Position numbers and translations under genes: made by a program. Shown in pieces: positions 23,170-34,744 of a stretch of 64,000 nt of DNA. The notes beneath the pieces are model-generated. The model did no database searches. It saw nothing but the letters and a program-made list of their open reading frames with translations, and was not told the DNA's origin. Source of the stretch: Takakia lepidozioides (taxonomy: Eukaryota; Plantae; Bryophyta). The DNA is taken from positions 33,852,001 to 33,916,000 of the forward strand of contig CM060731.1 of the NCBI GenBank assembly GCA_030704615.1. The letters are read 5' to 3'. The stretch's first letter is position 1; every line of letters begins with the position of its first letter.

Positions 23170-26100
23170 AAGCCCAGTTTCTGCTTGATTTCCAGCCTGG
23201 TGATGTTGGGGGCGTCTCTGCTGCAACGAAGGCAATGGGATCGACCGTCGATCTGGTACCGGAGGAGGGTGCTGCCTCTCAACGTTCTCAGCAAGATCTG
23301 ACCACAATTGAGGAAGACCTGACCACTGAAGGCCCGGAGGAGGCCTCTGCGATTGCAGAATTGTCCGCAAAGATTCCCCAGAGTGCAGCTCCAGTTGGGG
23401 ATGCTCAAGCTGCTCAGCCCCTGCCACCAGCAGAAATGTCTCCGGAGGAATTCCAAAGTGCAGCGGATACAATGTTGGAGGAGACACATAGTAGCATTGG
23501 CAGAGTTCTGGGCAGCAGGGTATTCCAGTGGACTCTTCGAATCCCACTCTGTCGCATGGTCTCCCTTCCCATCGTCAGGCAGGCACTTCTCGGAGATGTG
23601 GATAAGCTCAAGTTCGCATTTCAAGAAGGGTACCGTCTAGGTTTGCCAGCCTTCTACGTTTCCCTTGAGAATGAGGACGGCGAATCTCGTGGACCCACTG
23701 CGGAGGAATTGTCAACATGGGATACCCACTGGCACACTCGCAACGACGAATTCGAGGCAACACTGAAGGATGATCCCGACTTCGGCCATATGTCGGGTAA
23801 AATGTTCTTTGTGTGGGACGGGAATCACCGACTTCTCGCCTGGTGGGAGTACATCAAGCAGAACCATGCCAAGCACATTGGCTGGCATTACATGGTGGAG
23901 TGTGTCATCCTCAAGGTGAAGGCGGCAGACTCCTCCCTGCTCAAGAATGCCATGGCGGACCTCAACTCGTAAGATACTCATACCCTCCCAAGCACGTTCG
24001 AAATGCGGTGCCGCATTTTGGTTTCCAATCTGTTTTGTTTCCGTGCTTTCGTGGACTGAACTAGAGAGTGTGCCTTGCAGGGTCACTGAAAATGCGTACG
24101 TGCATACCCACATGGCACATATGCTGTACAGGGTCAGGAAAATCGGTCTCACTGATCCGCACATGTTTGCGGAAATGCTGGAGCCCGAGCTCATTCAGAA
24201 AGCCGTGGCAAAAACTGACCGGACATGGTATCGTCTCACTATGGATGGAATGGTGGAGGTGATATACGAAGTAAGTCGTCCTCCCATTTCCCTCTGCTCA
24301 TCCTTCCCCAATTTCCGGTAATCTTTCCACATGAATCGAATGTAACGCTTCTGCATGTTTTTGTTGGCAGTCAAACATCAAGCTGGATTTGGCCCATGCC
24401 AAACGCTTCTTCATGGAAAGTGAGGGGCAGGTCAAAACGTTGCAGTCATTGACTGAGCACTTGAAGGAAGCTGGGGTCAAGTCCAGAACGAAATACAAGT
24501 CAAAGCTTGTGAAGCTGGTGGCCATTGCAGATCCGGCACTTGGAAATGACTTCATCCCCGAGATTGCAAAACACTATTCTCGGGCCATGCAGCCGACCAT
24601 GCAGTTGGAGAAACTGCATCACCTCTCAACGGCATGTGTTGAAGCGAAAGAGAAGGTGATGTTTCAATTCACTGAAGTTCCTTCCTAGCAATAGCCACTC
24701 CTTTTCCTGCTCTTGACATTGGATCGGAAATGGCAGACACGGTGGCTGTCGATCTGGAATGCATCGGAGAGTATAAGGACAATGTGGTCTTTTCCACTCG
24801 AAGTTTCCGACCCTGCAGTGGATGTGTGGCTCAACCGCATGACTTGGTGGTTCCAGGTAATTCAAGGTACTTCCCCATATTTGCTTTTCTGAAATGAATT
24901 CCCTGAATTGCTACGTGACAATGCATGTGGGAATCGCAGGTAATGACGAATGCGAAGGAGCAAGTCGTAATGCATACAAATTTGTTCGGCTTGTACGTCA
25001 AATGGGATGGAACACAGACATTGGAAGACTACGTGACACGTTTCAGATGTGCCTACAAGGACAACCTCTTCGCCAGGGAGCTGCAGACAGCAAGAAAGAG
25101 CATGGAGTTTACACATCAGGAGGGAGCGGGAAAAGCTGCAATGCAAATTGTTTACAGGTGAAGCCCAGCTGTCCTTGTACGCAAAGCCTGGTAATGAGGT
25201 TTGTTTGGGAAATGCGGCACCGCATTCGCATTTTATGTTTTCGGTTGCACTCTGCGAGTACGTTGGTCTCAACTTTTGCTCACGCATGCTGACTGCCCTG
25301 CAGGTATATGAAATACGTGCTTCTTCAGACAGGGGCCCTGGCTCAAGAGCCCCCGTTCTTCATGGCTTGGACCGTGGCGGGCCCAAGCTATGTCTACACA
25401 CCCGAGATGCAGAAATAATGGCATGCCGCGCATCTGGTTGGATGCCCGTGGTACCTGGACATGTCTGGCGGAATTGTTGACGAGTCTGAGAAAGATCTGC
25501 ACGCGAAAGCAGAAGAGAAGAGAAAGGAAAGACGTGTCCCTGCTCGGCCAGAGTCGGCAAAGGAAGCTGTTGCTCTGGAACAATCCAGAAAGGCAGCTGA
25601 GATGACACAGAAGATGGTGGATGCAGCTGTGCAGGCTCAACAGAAGGGGTCCAAGAAGCAGACTCGCCAGCAAGGAGCAGCAGTTGTGACACCCAAGAAA
25701 ACAAAGAAGCAGAAACAGATAGTGCAGGTAGAGGGTGAGGAAGAGGACTCCGATGGAGACTTTGCAACCAGCCCACCCCCCGAGACGCAACCGAAATCCC
25801 CTGTGCCCACCGTTGTCACGAGAGGGACAAGAACTGGCTCGGCAAAGAAGGCACTCTTCAACCCCCGGGGGGGCACCCTTTCGAGCCGGTGGAAATGAAG
25901 AGGCCGAAAGTGGATCCCGATACAGTAGTCCAGTGTGTCAATGAGAGTTTATTGGCGGCTTTGGATGGACGGGCAGCCAAGTTGGCATACATGAAGACCA
26001 TGGAGGGTCTGAAGGGCAGAGCACTGAAGAAGGCGGCTGCCAAGAGCCTTCCGACACCCCTGGGTTTCTGAAGATGGTCTCGTTCTTTGAGAGGGTGTGT

Positions 26101-26865
26101 GCAGACAAGGATTGCAGGAGGGGCGGAAATGCCACCGAGTGGTCTTGCGATATGATCATCTTGGATATTCCGGACGGAGAGCCTGTGGAAGGACTGCAAG
26201 CTTTGCCATCTTGGAACAGGTACTCCGAGGACTTTTGGAAGAAAGGATTCGGGCTCGCCCGCATGGTGTTGGACGACAGAGGCTGTGTGGTTGTCCTGGC
26301 GAGCAGAGGCAAAAACACGCAGACAGGAATTGCGAAGTGGACCCACAAGAGCGCCATCCCAATTCTTAAGAAGAAGTGGACGTGCATCAACACATTGGGC
26401 CTTCGGTCGGAAGGGAAGAAGGTAATTACGACATTGGCACTCGTCCTTTCATTTTCTTAGGAGTTTTGAAATGCGGTGCCGCATTCGATTTCTAATCGTT
26501 CCCCACTGTGTATGCAGACAAAGCAGTTCGATGCATACTGCTTTGTGAAGGAGAACTCGACCTTTGCTTTCCATAAGGAGGGATTGTTGGTTGACCCGAA
26601 CTGCGACCCCATCGATTATTACGTCCTCTTCAACAACGTTCCCACGGAACTTCTCCCTCATAGCCTCACTTCAACTGAACCTCTGCGGTATTCACGCACT
26701 CGGAGCCCTGCCTTCATTCAGACAATTATGGAGACATGCACTGACGTGGAGGCACAATGCTCGACCTCATCTGTGGGACAGGTATGAAGAATCTTGTTGT
26801 ATGCTATTATGCAAACTCTCGTTATGCTTTCATTCGCAACATTTGAAGGGCCATGTCATAATGTG

Positions 26866-27591
26866 TGTCGCGCACCTCACTTCGATAAGCTCCCCTTCAA
26901 GTCATAGTTACTCGCTTTGATGCGCGCGCCTGACTCCCAACCTGGCCGTCCGGGCCAACTTGGAGCTTCGGCTGCTCACCGGGACATAACGGTCCCCCTT
27001 CACTTCCCTCTCGACCCTCCACCTATTTGGGACTAGGAGAATTCCCTTTGGTAGATGGCAGTCCGGAACAGCTCCCCACTCTTTGGTCGCTTTCCGGCTC
27101 GCTCGCTTACTCACTAGTTTTTGGTCACCAACGGGCTTGCACCGTTCTCGGGGTTACTACTCCCTATATATACTTCTGTAGCTGTCCGCGGGGGTTTCAC
27201 AACCAGCCATGCCATTTTATGGCGAACCACCACGAAGACCCTCGATTCCCGGTGGTGAGTCGCGGTGAGTCTTGGCCCGCTCACCACGGCCCCTATGGAC
27301 CGTGATGAGTCCCAAGACTCCCCACGACTCCCACCACGAGGTCTCCGCCCCCATGGTGAGTCCTATGCCACCCCCACTAAGTCCCACTAAGCTACCACCA
27401 CCCCTTGTGGAGCCACCCCCACCGCAACCCGGTGTGCGGGGCTCCACCTAGTGAGCGCCTCCGCTTCCCTGAGTGCCTTGGGCACTCAAGGGTGCTTCAA
27501 CCCCCCATACCTATCGCTGCCGCTGCCCCCACCACAGGGGCAGCCCCTCATGTGTCCCGACCCCCTGCCCTCAAGGCAAAGGGCCGCGACA
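26866..27591 (-). repeat. 3' LTR of element C
   Basis: TGTCGCG..CGCGACA; matches 33093-33817 apart from one indel. Confidence 0.97.
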
Positions 27592-28497
27592 CACACCCCT
27601 ACCAACAGGGAGTCGATGTCCTCATCGACTTGTCCATTTTGTAGAAACGAACATCCAAGTTGTGGCGTCCCACATCAAGGAGTTTGTTTCCGCACCATGG
27701 CGTCCCATGGCAAAGAACCAAACCCCACACTTGACTCTACTCTCCACTAGCTAGTTCGGCCGACTTCCTCCAAGTCCCGGCCAAGGGTGGAGCCTCTCCA
27801 GCTCCACCCAGTGCACTCTTCTTGGCCTACTTCAAGGCCAAGGAACGATCCTCCCCGAGGATCGAATCGCCTTACTGCAACAACATTGCTTGCGATCGCT
27901 CATGATGCCGCTTTTGGCATCACCTTGAGCAAGGGTTCACCTGGAACCCTCTTTGACTAGGAAGATAACCTTGAACCAACCGTGCGCCCCAATCACTACA
28001 ATTGGGTCCGCCTTGGAATGCTGGCCTGAGGTACGGGAACACGCCGAAGCCGCACTACGACTTCGTCCCGAGGCTACACGATTATAGTACGTGAACGGAA
28101 GCACGTAGCTTCCGCGTTAGCCCGCACTACAAGGCAACCCCCTCGGTAGCGCAGTTATAGTACGCGCACGCGCCAGGTGCGCACTAGCACGTGAACTCCC
28201 AAAGAAGTCGCAAGTTTCCTTGCCCCTTGGATGGGGGTCACCCGATTTCGGCACTACGCAAACACACGATTAACCCAATTTACCTCTCCCACTTTTATAA
28301 GCTAGCATGCATTCTACACACTAGCCAACCATACCATGCATCACCATTCCAAACAAAATAGGACGCACAACATTTGGAACCCATTTCCTTTATAACAAAT
28401 TTTTGTACAATACAAGTTTTTGCAATCGGATTCCTAAGCTAGCTAAGCCGGGCTAAGCATGCATTTCCTCCCCCACGCTCCAAGGTTGATGTCCCCA

Positions 28498-30225
28498 TCA
28501 ACGTTTCTTCCGCTTTTGAGGTCGCCCTTCGAAAGCTGCAACCGCCTCGGATGCGTTTCCCATTTCTGAGGCACGCACCCAAGATGCCTCCACATGATGA
28601 TAGCCCTTCCATTTGACGAGATACTCCGTTTCTTGGTTCTTGAACCTCCTCGACTTAAGTATTGCCTCCACCTCGTACTCAGGTTCATTTTCATGATCCA
28701 ACAGCATAGGTGGCGGACGCAACACTTGATGTCGATTCGGACGCGCTTCATCTTTGAAGTAAGGCTTCAAAAGGGAGACATGGAATACTGGGTGCACCTT
28801 GCTGTTTGCCGGCAGCTCCAATTCATACACATCCTCATTCATAACCTTCCGAATGCGAAAGGGTCCCGCATACGGAGGTACGAACTTTGGACTCACTTCC
28901 GGAGGTAGTCGGAAATTCTTGATGTTCAACCAGACCTCTGTGCCTGCCTCAAACTTCACTTCCCTCCGCTTCCGATTCGCCTGCCTTTCATACCGTTTCC
29001 TAGCTTTGGCAATGTTGTACTTTGCGAGCTTCAACAAACGCTCGCGTTCTTCCAGTACCGCCGCTACTGCCGGTTCCTCAACGTCCTGGGCGGCCCAACT
29101 TGTCGGCACCAGAGGTGCTTTTCCATAGACCAGCACGAAAGGGGAAACTCCCGTTGCAGAGTGTTCTGTGTTATTATAACAGAACTCTGCCGCGTCTAAG
29201 TGTTCCATCCAGTCTGATTGGTCTGCCGACACGTAATTCCGCAAGAATTGCTTCACTACGGAATTCACTCTTTCCGTTTGGCCGTCTGTCGTAGGTCGGA
29301 AGGCGGTGCTCATCTTCAGCCTCGTCCCCATCTTCTTCCAAAGTGTCCTCCAAAATTTACTCGTAAACTTTGGATCGCGATCCGAGACAATATCCTTCGG
29401 GACTCCATGATGCTTTAAGACGTGGGCGAAGTAAAGTCGCCCTGTCTCCTGCGCCGTTGCCGTCTCCTTGGTGGGGATGAAATGGCCCATTTTACTGAAC
29501 CTATCCACCACCACCATGATTGCATCGAATCCTTTTGACAGCGGCATAGCAGTCATGAAATCCATCGAGACGCTTTCCCAAGTCCCCTCTGGAATCGGCA
29601 AGGGTTGTAACAGCCCCGCTTGCTTTTTGTACTCGCTCCGGTTTTGTTGGCATGTGGTGCATGTCTTGACATACTCCTCTGCCTCCTCCCTCAGTTTGGG
29701 CCAGAAATACTCTTTCTTCAAGAGTGCCGCAGTGCGCTTGGCTCCGCCGTGGCCCGCAAGCGGGCTATCATGGCATTCTCTCAAGAGGCTATCTCTGATC
29801 CCTCCCTTCGGCACGTAGAGACGTTTTTGCTTATACCGGAGCAGTCCATTTTGCAAGTGGAACTGCGATTTAACCCCCATTCTCAAGTCCTGCATCACGG
29901 ACTTTGCCAGCTCATCCTTCCGGCAAGCCTTCCGGATCTTCCTTTGGAGCGCCGTCTCGCCCTTGTACACCAACAAGAGCTGCTGCTTTCTACTTAAAGC
30001 ATCGGCCACCACATTGTCCCGTCCCGGTTTGTACTGGATATCCACGTCGAACACCGCCAAAGTATCTTGCCACCTAAGTTGTTTTGGGGACAACTTGGGC
30101 TGCGTGGCAAAATACTTCACCGTGACATTGTCCGTGAACACCTTCACTGGGTTGGAACCAACATAGTGGCGCCAAAGCTCAAGGCAATGCACCACCGCCT
30201 TCATCTTTTTTCGTGCGTCGGCCAC
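28498..30225 (-). CDS. pol: RNase H (part), integrase and chromodomain of element C
   Basis: [58 protein letters not shown]. Confidence 0.95.
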   Translation of the reverse strand: MADARKKMKAVVHCLELWRHYVGSNPVKVFTDNVTVKYFATQPKLSPKQLRWQDTLAVFDVDIQYKPGRDNVVADALSRKQQLLLVYKGETALQRKIRKACRKDELAKSVMQDLRMGVKSQFHLQNGLLRYKQKRLYVPKGGIRDSLLRECHDSPLAGHGGAKRTAALLKKEYFWPKLREEAEEYVKTCTTCQQNRSEYKKQAGLLQPLPIPEGTWESVSMDFMTAMPLSKGFDAIMVVVDRFSKMGHFIPTKETATAQETGRLYFAHVLKHHGVPKDIVSDRDPKFTSKFWRTLWKKMGTRLKMSTAFRPTTDGQTERVNSVVKQFLRNYVSADQSDWMEHLDAAEFCYNNTEHSATGVSPFVLVYGKAPLVPTSWAAQDVEEPAVAAVLEERERLLKLAKYNIAKARKRYERQANRKRREVKFEAGTEVWLNIKNFRLPPEVSPKFVPPYAGPFRIRKVMNEDVYELELPANSKVHPVFHVSLLKPYFKDEARPNRHQVLRPPPMLLDHENEPEYEVEAILKSRRFKNQETEYLVKWKGYHHVEASWVRASEMGNASEAVAAFEGRPQKRKKR

Positions 30226-31301
30226 CGTCGCTCCACTTCATTCAGTTTCTTACTTTCGTAAGCCACTGGACGTCCATCTTGCATGAGTACACCCCCAATC
30301 GCGAAGTCCGACGCATCTGTATGAATCTCAAATGGACGATCGAACTCCGGGATTTTCAAGACTGGAGCTTCCGCCATCCGCTGCTTCAATTCAGCAAAAG
30401 CTTGGCCACAAAAGGTGTTCCATGCCCAGACTTTAGATTTACACAGAAGGTCTGACAGCGGCCCCGCGATCTTGGCGAAATTTCTCACATACTTCCGGTA
30501 ATAGGAGGCGAGTCCTAGGAAGGATCGCACTCCCGGGACCGAAGTCGGAGGCTCCCAGTCCAAGATCGCCCTCACCTTTCTGTCATCCATTTTGATCCCA
30601 TCCTGTGTAATCACATGCCCCAAGAACTCCACTTTCGTGACCCCGAATTCGCACTTTGAAGCTTTGGCATACAGCTTCCCTTCTCGCAATTTTTGGAACA
30701 CCCTTTTGAGGTGCTCCAGGTGCTCCTCCTTTGTTTTCGAGTACACCAAGATGTCGTCGATGTACACGATCACAAAGTCATCCAACCACTCCTGGAAAAG
30801 GCTGTTCATCAGCGTGCTAAATGTCGCTGGTGCATTGGTGAGCCCAAAAGGCATCACCAAGAACTCATATGAACCATACCTTGTCCTGCACGCGGTCTTC
30901 TCCTCATCTCCTTCCGCCACCCGAATTTGGTGATAGCCGGAGCGCAAGTCGATCCGGCTGAAATACTTCGCTCCTGCCAACCGATCGAAGAGGTCGTCGA
31001 TCCTTGGCAAAGGGTACCGGTTTTTGATAGTCACCTTATTCAGAGCCCTGTAATCGACACACATCCGCAGCGTCCCATCCTTCTTGTCTGCAAATAGCAC
31101 CGGGGCTCCGTAAGGTGACTTACTCGGCCGGATGTACCCCTTTGACATTAGATCCTTGAGCTGAGTCTTCAGCTCGACCAACTCTCTGTGGCTCAACCGG
31201 TAGGGCGCCTTGGCAGGCGGTTCCGATCCCGGTATCACCTCAATCTTGTGGTCAACTCCTCTTCGCGGTGGCAAGCCGCTTGGTAAATCCTCCGGCATCA
31301 C
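30201..31301 (-). CDS. pol: Reverse transcriptase/RNase H of element C
   Basis: [36 protein letters not shown]. Confidence 0.95.
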   Translation of the reverse strand: MMPEDLPSGLPPRRGVDHKIEVIPGSEPPAKAPYRLSHRELVELKTQLKDLMSKGYIRPSKSPYGAPVLFADKKDGTLRMCVDYRALNKVTIKNRYPLPRIDDLFDRLAGAKYFSRIDLRSGYHQIRVAEGDEEKTACRTRYGSYEFLVMPFGLTNAPATFSTLMNSLFQEWLDDFVIVYIDDILVYSKTKEEHLEHLKRVFQKLREGKLYAKASKCEFGVTKVEFLGHVITQDGIKMDDRKVRAILDWEPPTSVPGVRSFLGLASYYRKYVRNFAKIAGPLSDLLCKSKVWAWNTFCGQAFAELKQRMAEAPVLKIPEFDRPFEIHTDASDFAIGGVLMQDGRPVAYESKKLNEVERRWPTHEKR

Positions 31302-31307
31302 ATCCTG

Positions 31308-33037
31308 TTATTTCTCCAAAATCCCCTTGATCCAATCTGGGCTCGGCTCCCCATCGCCTTCTCCTTTCACTTCTCTAATGTAAAGCAAAAACTGGGGCTC
31401 GTGTGCCTCCTCCACGGCCCACTCCTTTGCTGACAGAAGGTTTATTCGCCCTCCCACGGATTTGGGCGTTTCTGACACTCGTAAAACCTCGCCACCATTC
31501 CCACATGGCAGCGTGACTACTCTCTTGCGGCCATCTATGACCGCTCCGGATTTGCTCAAAAAGGTCATCCCCAAAATGAGATCCACTCCATCGATCTCGC
31601 AATGGTGAAGTTCTCACGTCCCTCCCAACTCCCCAGTTGAAGAGGAACATCAAACGCCAACCTTGTCGCCAACTGTGGTTCTCCTTTGGCAGAACGCACC
31701 TCAATAGAGGCCCCCACGTCACTTGTCGGGAGTCCCAGCTTTTGTGCCGTTGCCGGTGTCATGAAGGAGTGCGACGCTCCTGTGTCCACCAACAACGACA
31801 CATTAGTTCCGGATATTATCCCATCCACGAACAATAACTGACTCCCTTTTCGTAAGGCCCTAGTTTCCTGATACAACTCACAAGAAAATTTGCCTACCTT
31901 GCAAGTCCTGGCGACTGATGGTATCTTCCGACAGCTCCGTGGTCGCCCGAGTCATGTTCAATTGCCGGGGCTTCGTGCACTTCTTGGCCATGTGCCCGGG
32001 CTCCCCGCAATTGAAACACACTCCATCAAAGGTCGCCTTCTGTCCGCCATAAGCCGCTCCACCCGCTTTTCCTTTCGAAGCACCGGGTGCCGCCTTGACG
32101 TGTGAAGGCCCTCCCTTCGATTTCCACGTGCCAATTGTCGCCGCGTGGCCTATCCCACTTCTTTTCCGGTCGGAAGGAGTCACCTTCCCGCCGGGTCTTC
32201 TTGTGGTTCAGCTCCGTACGGCCTTGTCTCTCACCCCTAGGGACATCCGAGAAACATTCAGCCCTCTCAATTGCCTCGTTCAAAGTCTTGGATGGCTTCT
32301 CCTCCAACTTCCGCCTGGCCCATGGGGCCAGTCCCGCCACAAAGTTGAAGACCATTTCTGGTTCTGCCATGTCCGCGACTTCGAGCAACAGCACATTGAA
32401 AGCCTGGACATACCCCCGAATGTCATCTGTTTGCTTCAAATTCCTCATCTTGTCCCGGGCAAGCCAGGACGCGTTGAGGGGCACAAACTGTCTCTTCATC
32501 AATTCCTTGAACCCACTCCAGTTCAAGGTTTCCGGACTTGGACCTCGGTCGTGAAGGCGTTTCTGCCACCATTGTTGAGCATAGCCCCTCAAATAGGTGG
32601 GAGCCACTTCCACGCGATCCTCGTCACTCAACTTGGCCGCCCGGAAGTACTGCTCAGCTCCAAGAGCCAGGTGTTGAGTGCCTTCCGATTTGGACGCCCT
32701 CGAAGGTGCCGGGTTCCTTAGGCTTCACCTTAAACTTTGCCTTAGTGGAAGTGGCATTAGCCGCCTTCAACACGTCTTTCAACGTCCCGCCAAACTGCGC
32801 CAACAACCCTTCCCAAAAGGCTGCCGGCATGGGAGGCATCTCTTGGTTTGTCGGAGCTCTCAAGGATTCCTCGGGCTCCGACTCCTCAGATTCCTCCCGC
32901 TCTTGAGCGGCCTCGTTTTCGGAAACATTCATCGCTTCCTCAAACGGCCGCCTCGGTGACACGTCGCCCCCATCGGGCTCACCAGGATCATCATCTTTTG
33001 GGCCGTTCCGCTTTCGCTTCGGCTTGCCCGACCCCAT
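31308..33037 (-). pseudogene. gag: Gag and protease of element C, broken by frameshifts and stops
   Basis: YLRGYAQQWW capsid motif, CFNCGEPGHMAKKC knuckle and LVDTGASHSF protease, in different frames. Confidence 0.9.
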
Positions 33038-33078
33038 GATGAGGCCAATCCCAAGGACGATCGCGTACTGAACTCTAA

Positions 33079-33090
33079 GCTCTGATACCA
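33079..33090 (-). promoter_or_regulatory. tRNA-iMet PBS of element C
   Basis: TGGTATCAGAGC, 2 nt after the 5' LTR. Confidence 0.95.
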
Positions 33091-33092
33091 AG

Positions 33093-33817
33093 TGTCGCGC
33101 ACCTCACTTCGATAAGCTCCCCTTCAAGTCATAGTTACTCGCTTTGATGCGCGCGCCTGACTCCCAACCTGGCCGTCCGGGCCAACTTGGAGCTTCGGCT
33201 GCTCACCGGGACATAACGGTCCCCCTTCACTTCCCTCTCGACCCTCCACCTATTTGGGACTAGGAGAATTCCCTTGGTAGATGGCAGTCCGGAACAGCTC
33301 CCCACTCTTTGGTCGCTTTCCGGCTCGCTCGCTTACTCACTAGTTTTTGGTCACCAACGGGCTTGCACCGTTCTCGGGGTTACTACTCCCTATATATACT
33401 TCTGTAGCTGTCCGCGGGGGTTTCACAACCAGCCATGCCATTTTATGGCGAACCACCACGAAGACCCTCGATTCCCGGTGGTGAGTCGCGGTGAGTCTTG
33501 GCCCGCTCACCACGGCCCCTATGGACCGTGATGAGTCCCAAGACTCCCCACGACTCCCACCACGAGGTCTCCGCCCCCATGGTGAGTCCTATGCCACCCC
33601 CACTAAGTCCCACTAAGCTACCACCACCCCTTGTGGAGCCACCCCCACCGCAACCCGGTGTGCGGGGCTCCACCTAGTGAGCGCCTCCGCTTCCCTGAGT
33701 GCCTTGGGCACTCAAGGGTGCTTCAACCCCCCATACCTATCGCTGCCGCTGCCCCCACCACAGGGGCAGCCCCTCATGTGTCCCGACCCCCTGCCCTCAA
33801 GGCAAAGGGCCGCGACA
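33093..33817 (-). repeat. 5' LTR of element C
   Basis: Direct repeat of 26866-27591. Confidence 0.97.
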
Positions 33818-34744
33818 ATGTGTGGATGACATTGTAACAGGTGCCTCAATGTGGGCTGGGCGGTTTTCTGACCGGCACCTCTTTGCCTACGAGGAGGACA
33901 CATCCGTCTGGGGATCCCATCTAGAAGGGCTGCAACGGAATGTGAAGGCTCCCATCGAAGCCAAGGACTCCTCGGATTCGTCGGAGTCGGAGGAAGAGAC
34001 AGTGGACATTGATGCCGAGGAGAACCCGCAATACGAGTGAGTGCAAACATTGTAAGTTTGCAAAGTCTTCTGGGTGATTTTTTGTCAAACGCATTTGCGG
34101 ACTGTGGTTCTCATTGGTCTCGTTGGTGATTGTTATGTGCAGGATTCCAGGATCCGGGTCGAAACATGTAGGGCCTACACTTCCTGCCAGGAAGAATGTC
34201 CCGTTCTTTGCGAGGGCCGACTTCATGACGAGCCCGGTGAAGGACTACTCCCTTCCTAGTTATGCAGCTAAACTCGCAAATACAGCGATTAGACGATGTG
34301 AGAATCCCAGTAAAGTAGAGCAGATTTTGGAGAGGGCTAGGGAGGACAGAAGGATAAGGAAAGAGTTGGCAACAGCTGAGACAGGTAGACGGGTGCGAAA
34401 GTTCATATGTGATTCAGCGGATGAGAGCGATGCAGACAGGGAGGACGACGAGCCAACGGAGGTGAGATGGTCGGTTCCGCAAGGTGAAGATGGGATTTTC
34501 GAAAGCCTGGCCAACGAGTAGTCCGCTGGAGATGAGAAAAGCAACGACGGGGTGGAGGCGGAGCAGGACAGTCAAGGACATGACGACGATAGTGATGATT
34601 TTCAAGATTAATAGAATTTTCATGAACTCTCTGTACATTTAAATTCTATTCCAAAGTATATAAAGGAAATTCTCCCCGTTCTTCATGTCCCCTCTCCCAT
34701 TTGCCTCTCAACGACAACATCGTCCAAACCTGGTCCCTCCCAAA

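Larger units (their letters stand above)
26866..33817 (-). mobile_element. Element C: full-length chromovirus (Ty3/gypsy) inserted in an intron
   Basis: LTRs of 726 and 725 bp, TSD ATGTG (26861-26865 and 33818-33822), Met-i PBS, gag-PR-RT-RH-INT-chromodomain. Confidence 0.97.
23196..34611 (+). pseudogene. Spliced gene: ParB-like domain + charged linker + beta-class N4/N6 DNA methyltransferase-like domain (copy 1; 5' exons outside the window)
   Basis: Phase-compatible GT-AG exons 23196-23968, 24081-24270, 24371-24655, 24737-24856, 24940-25157, 25304-26421, 26518-26781, 33841-34036 and 34143-34611. Motifs FFVWDGNHRL, DMIILDIPDG, RMVLDDRG and LDLICGTG|ASMWAG..RHLFAYEED. Stop at 25416, probable premature stop at 34519, and frameshifts near 25870, 26042 and 26751. 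Confidence 0.78.

Noticed and set aside
23196-34611. Bacterial contamination as the source of the ParB/MTase motifs
   Set aside because: The gene has spliceosomal introns and plant LTR elements inserted with TSDs.
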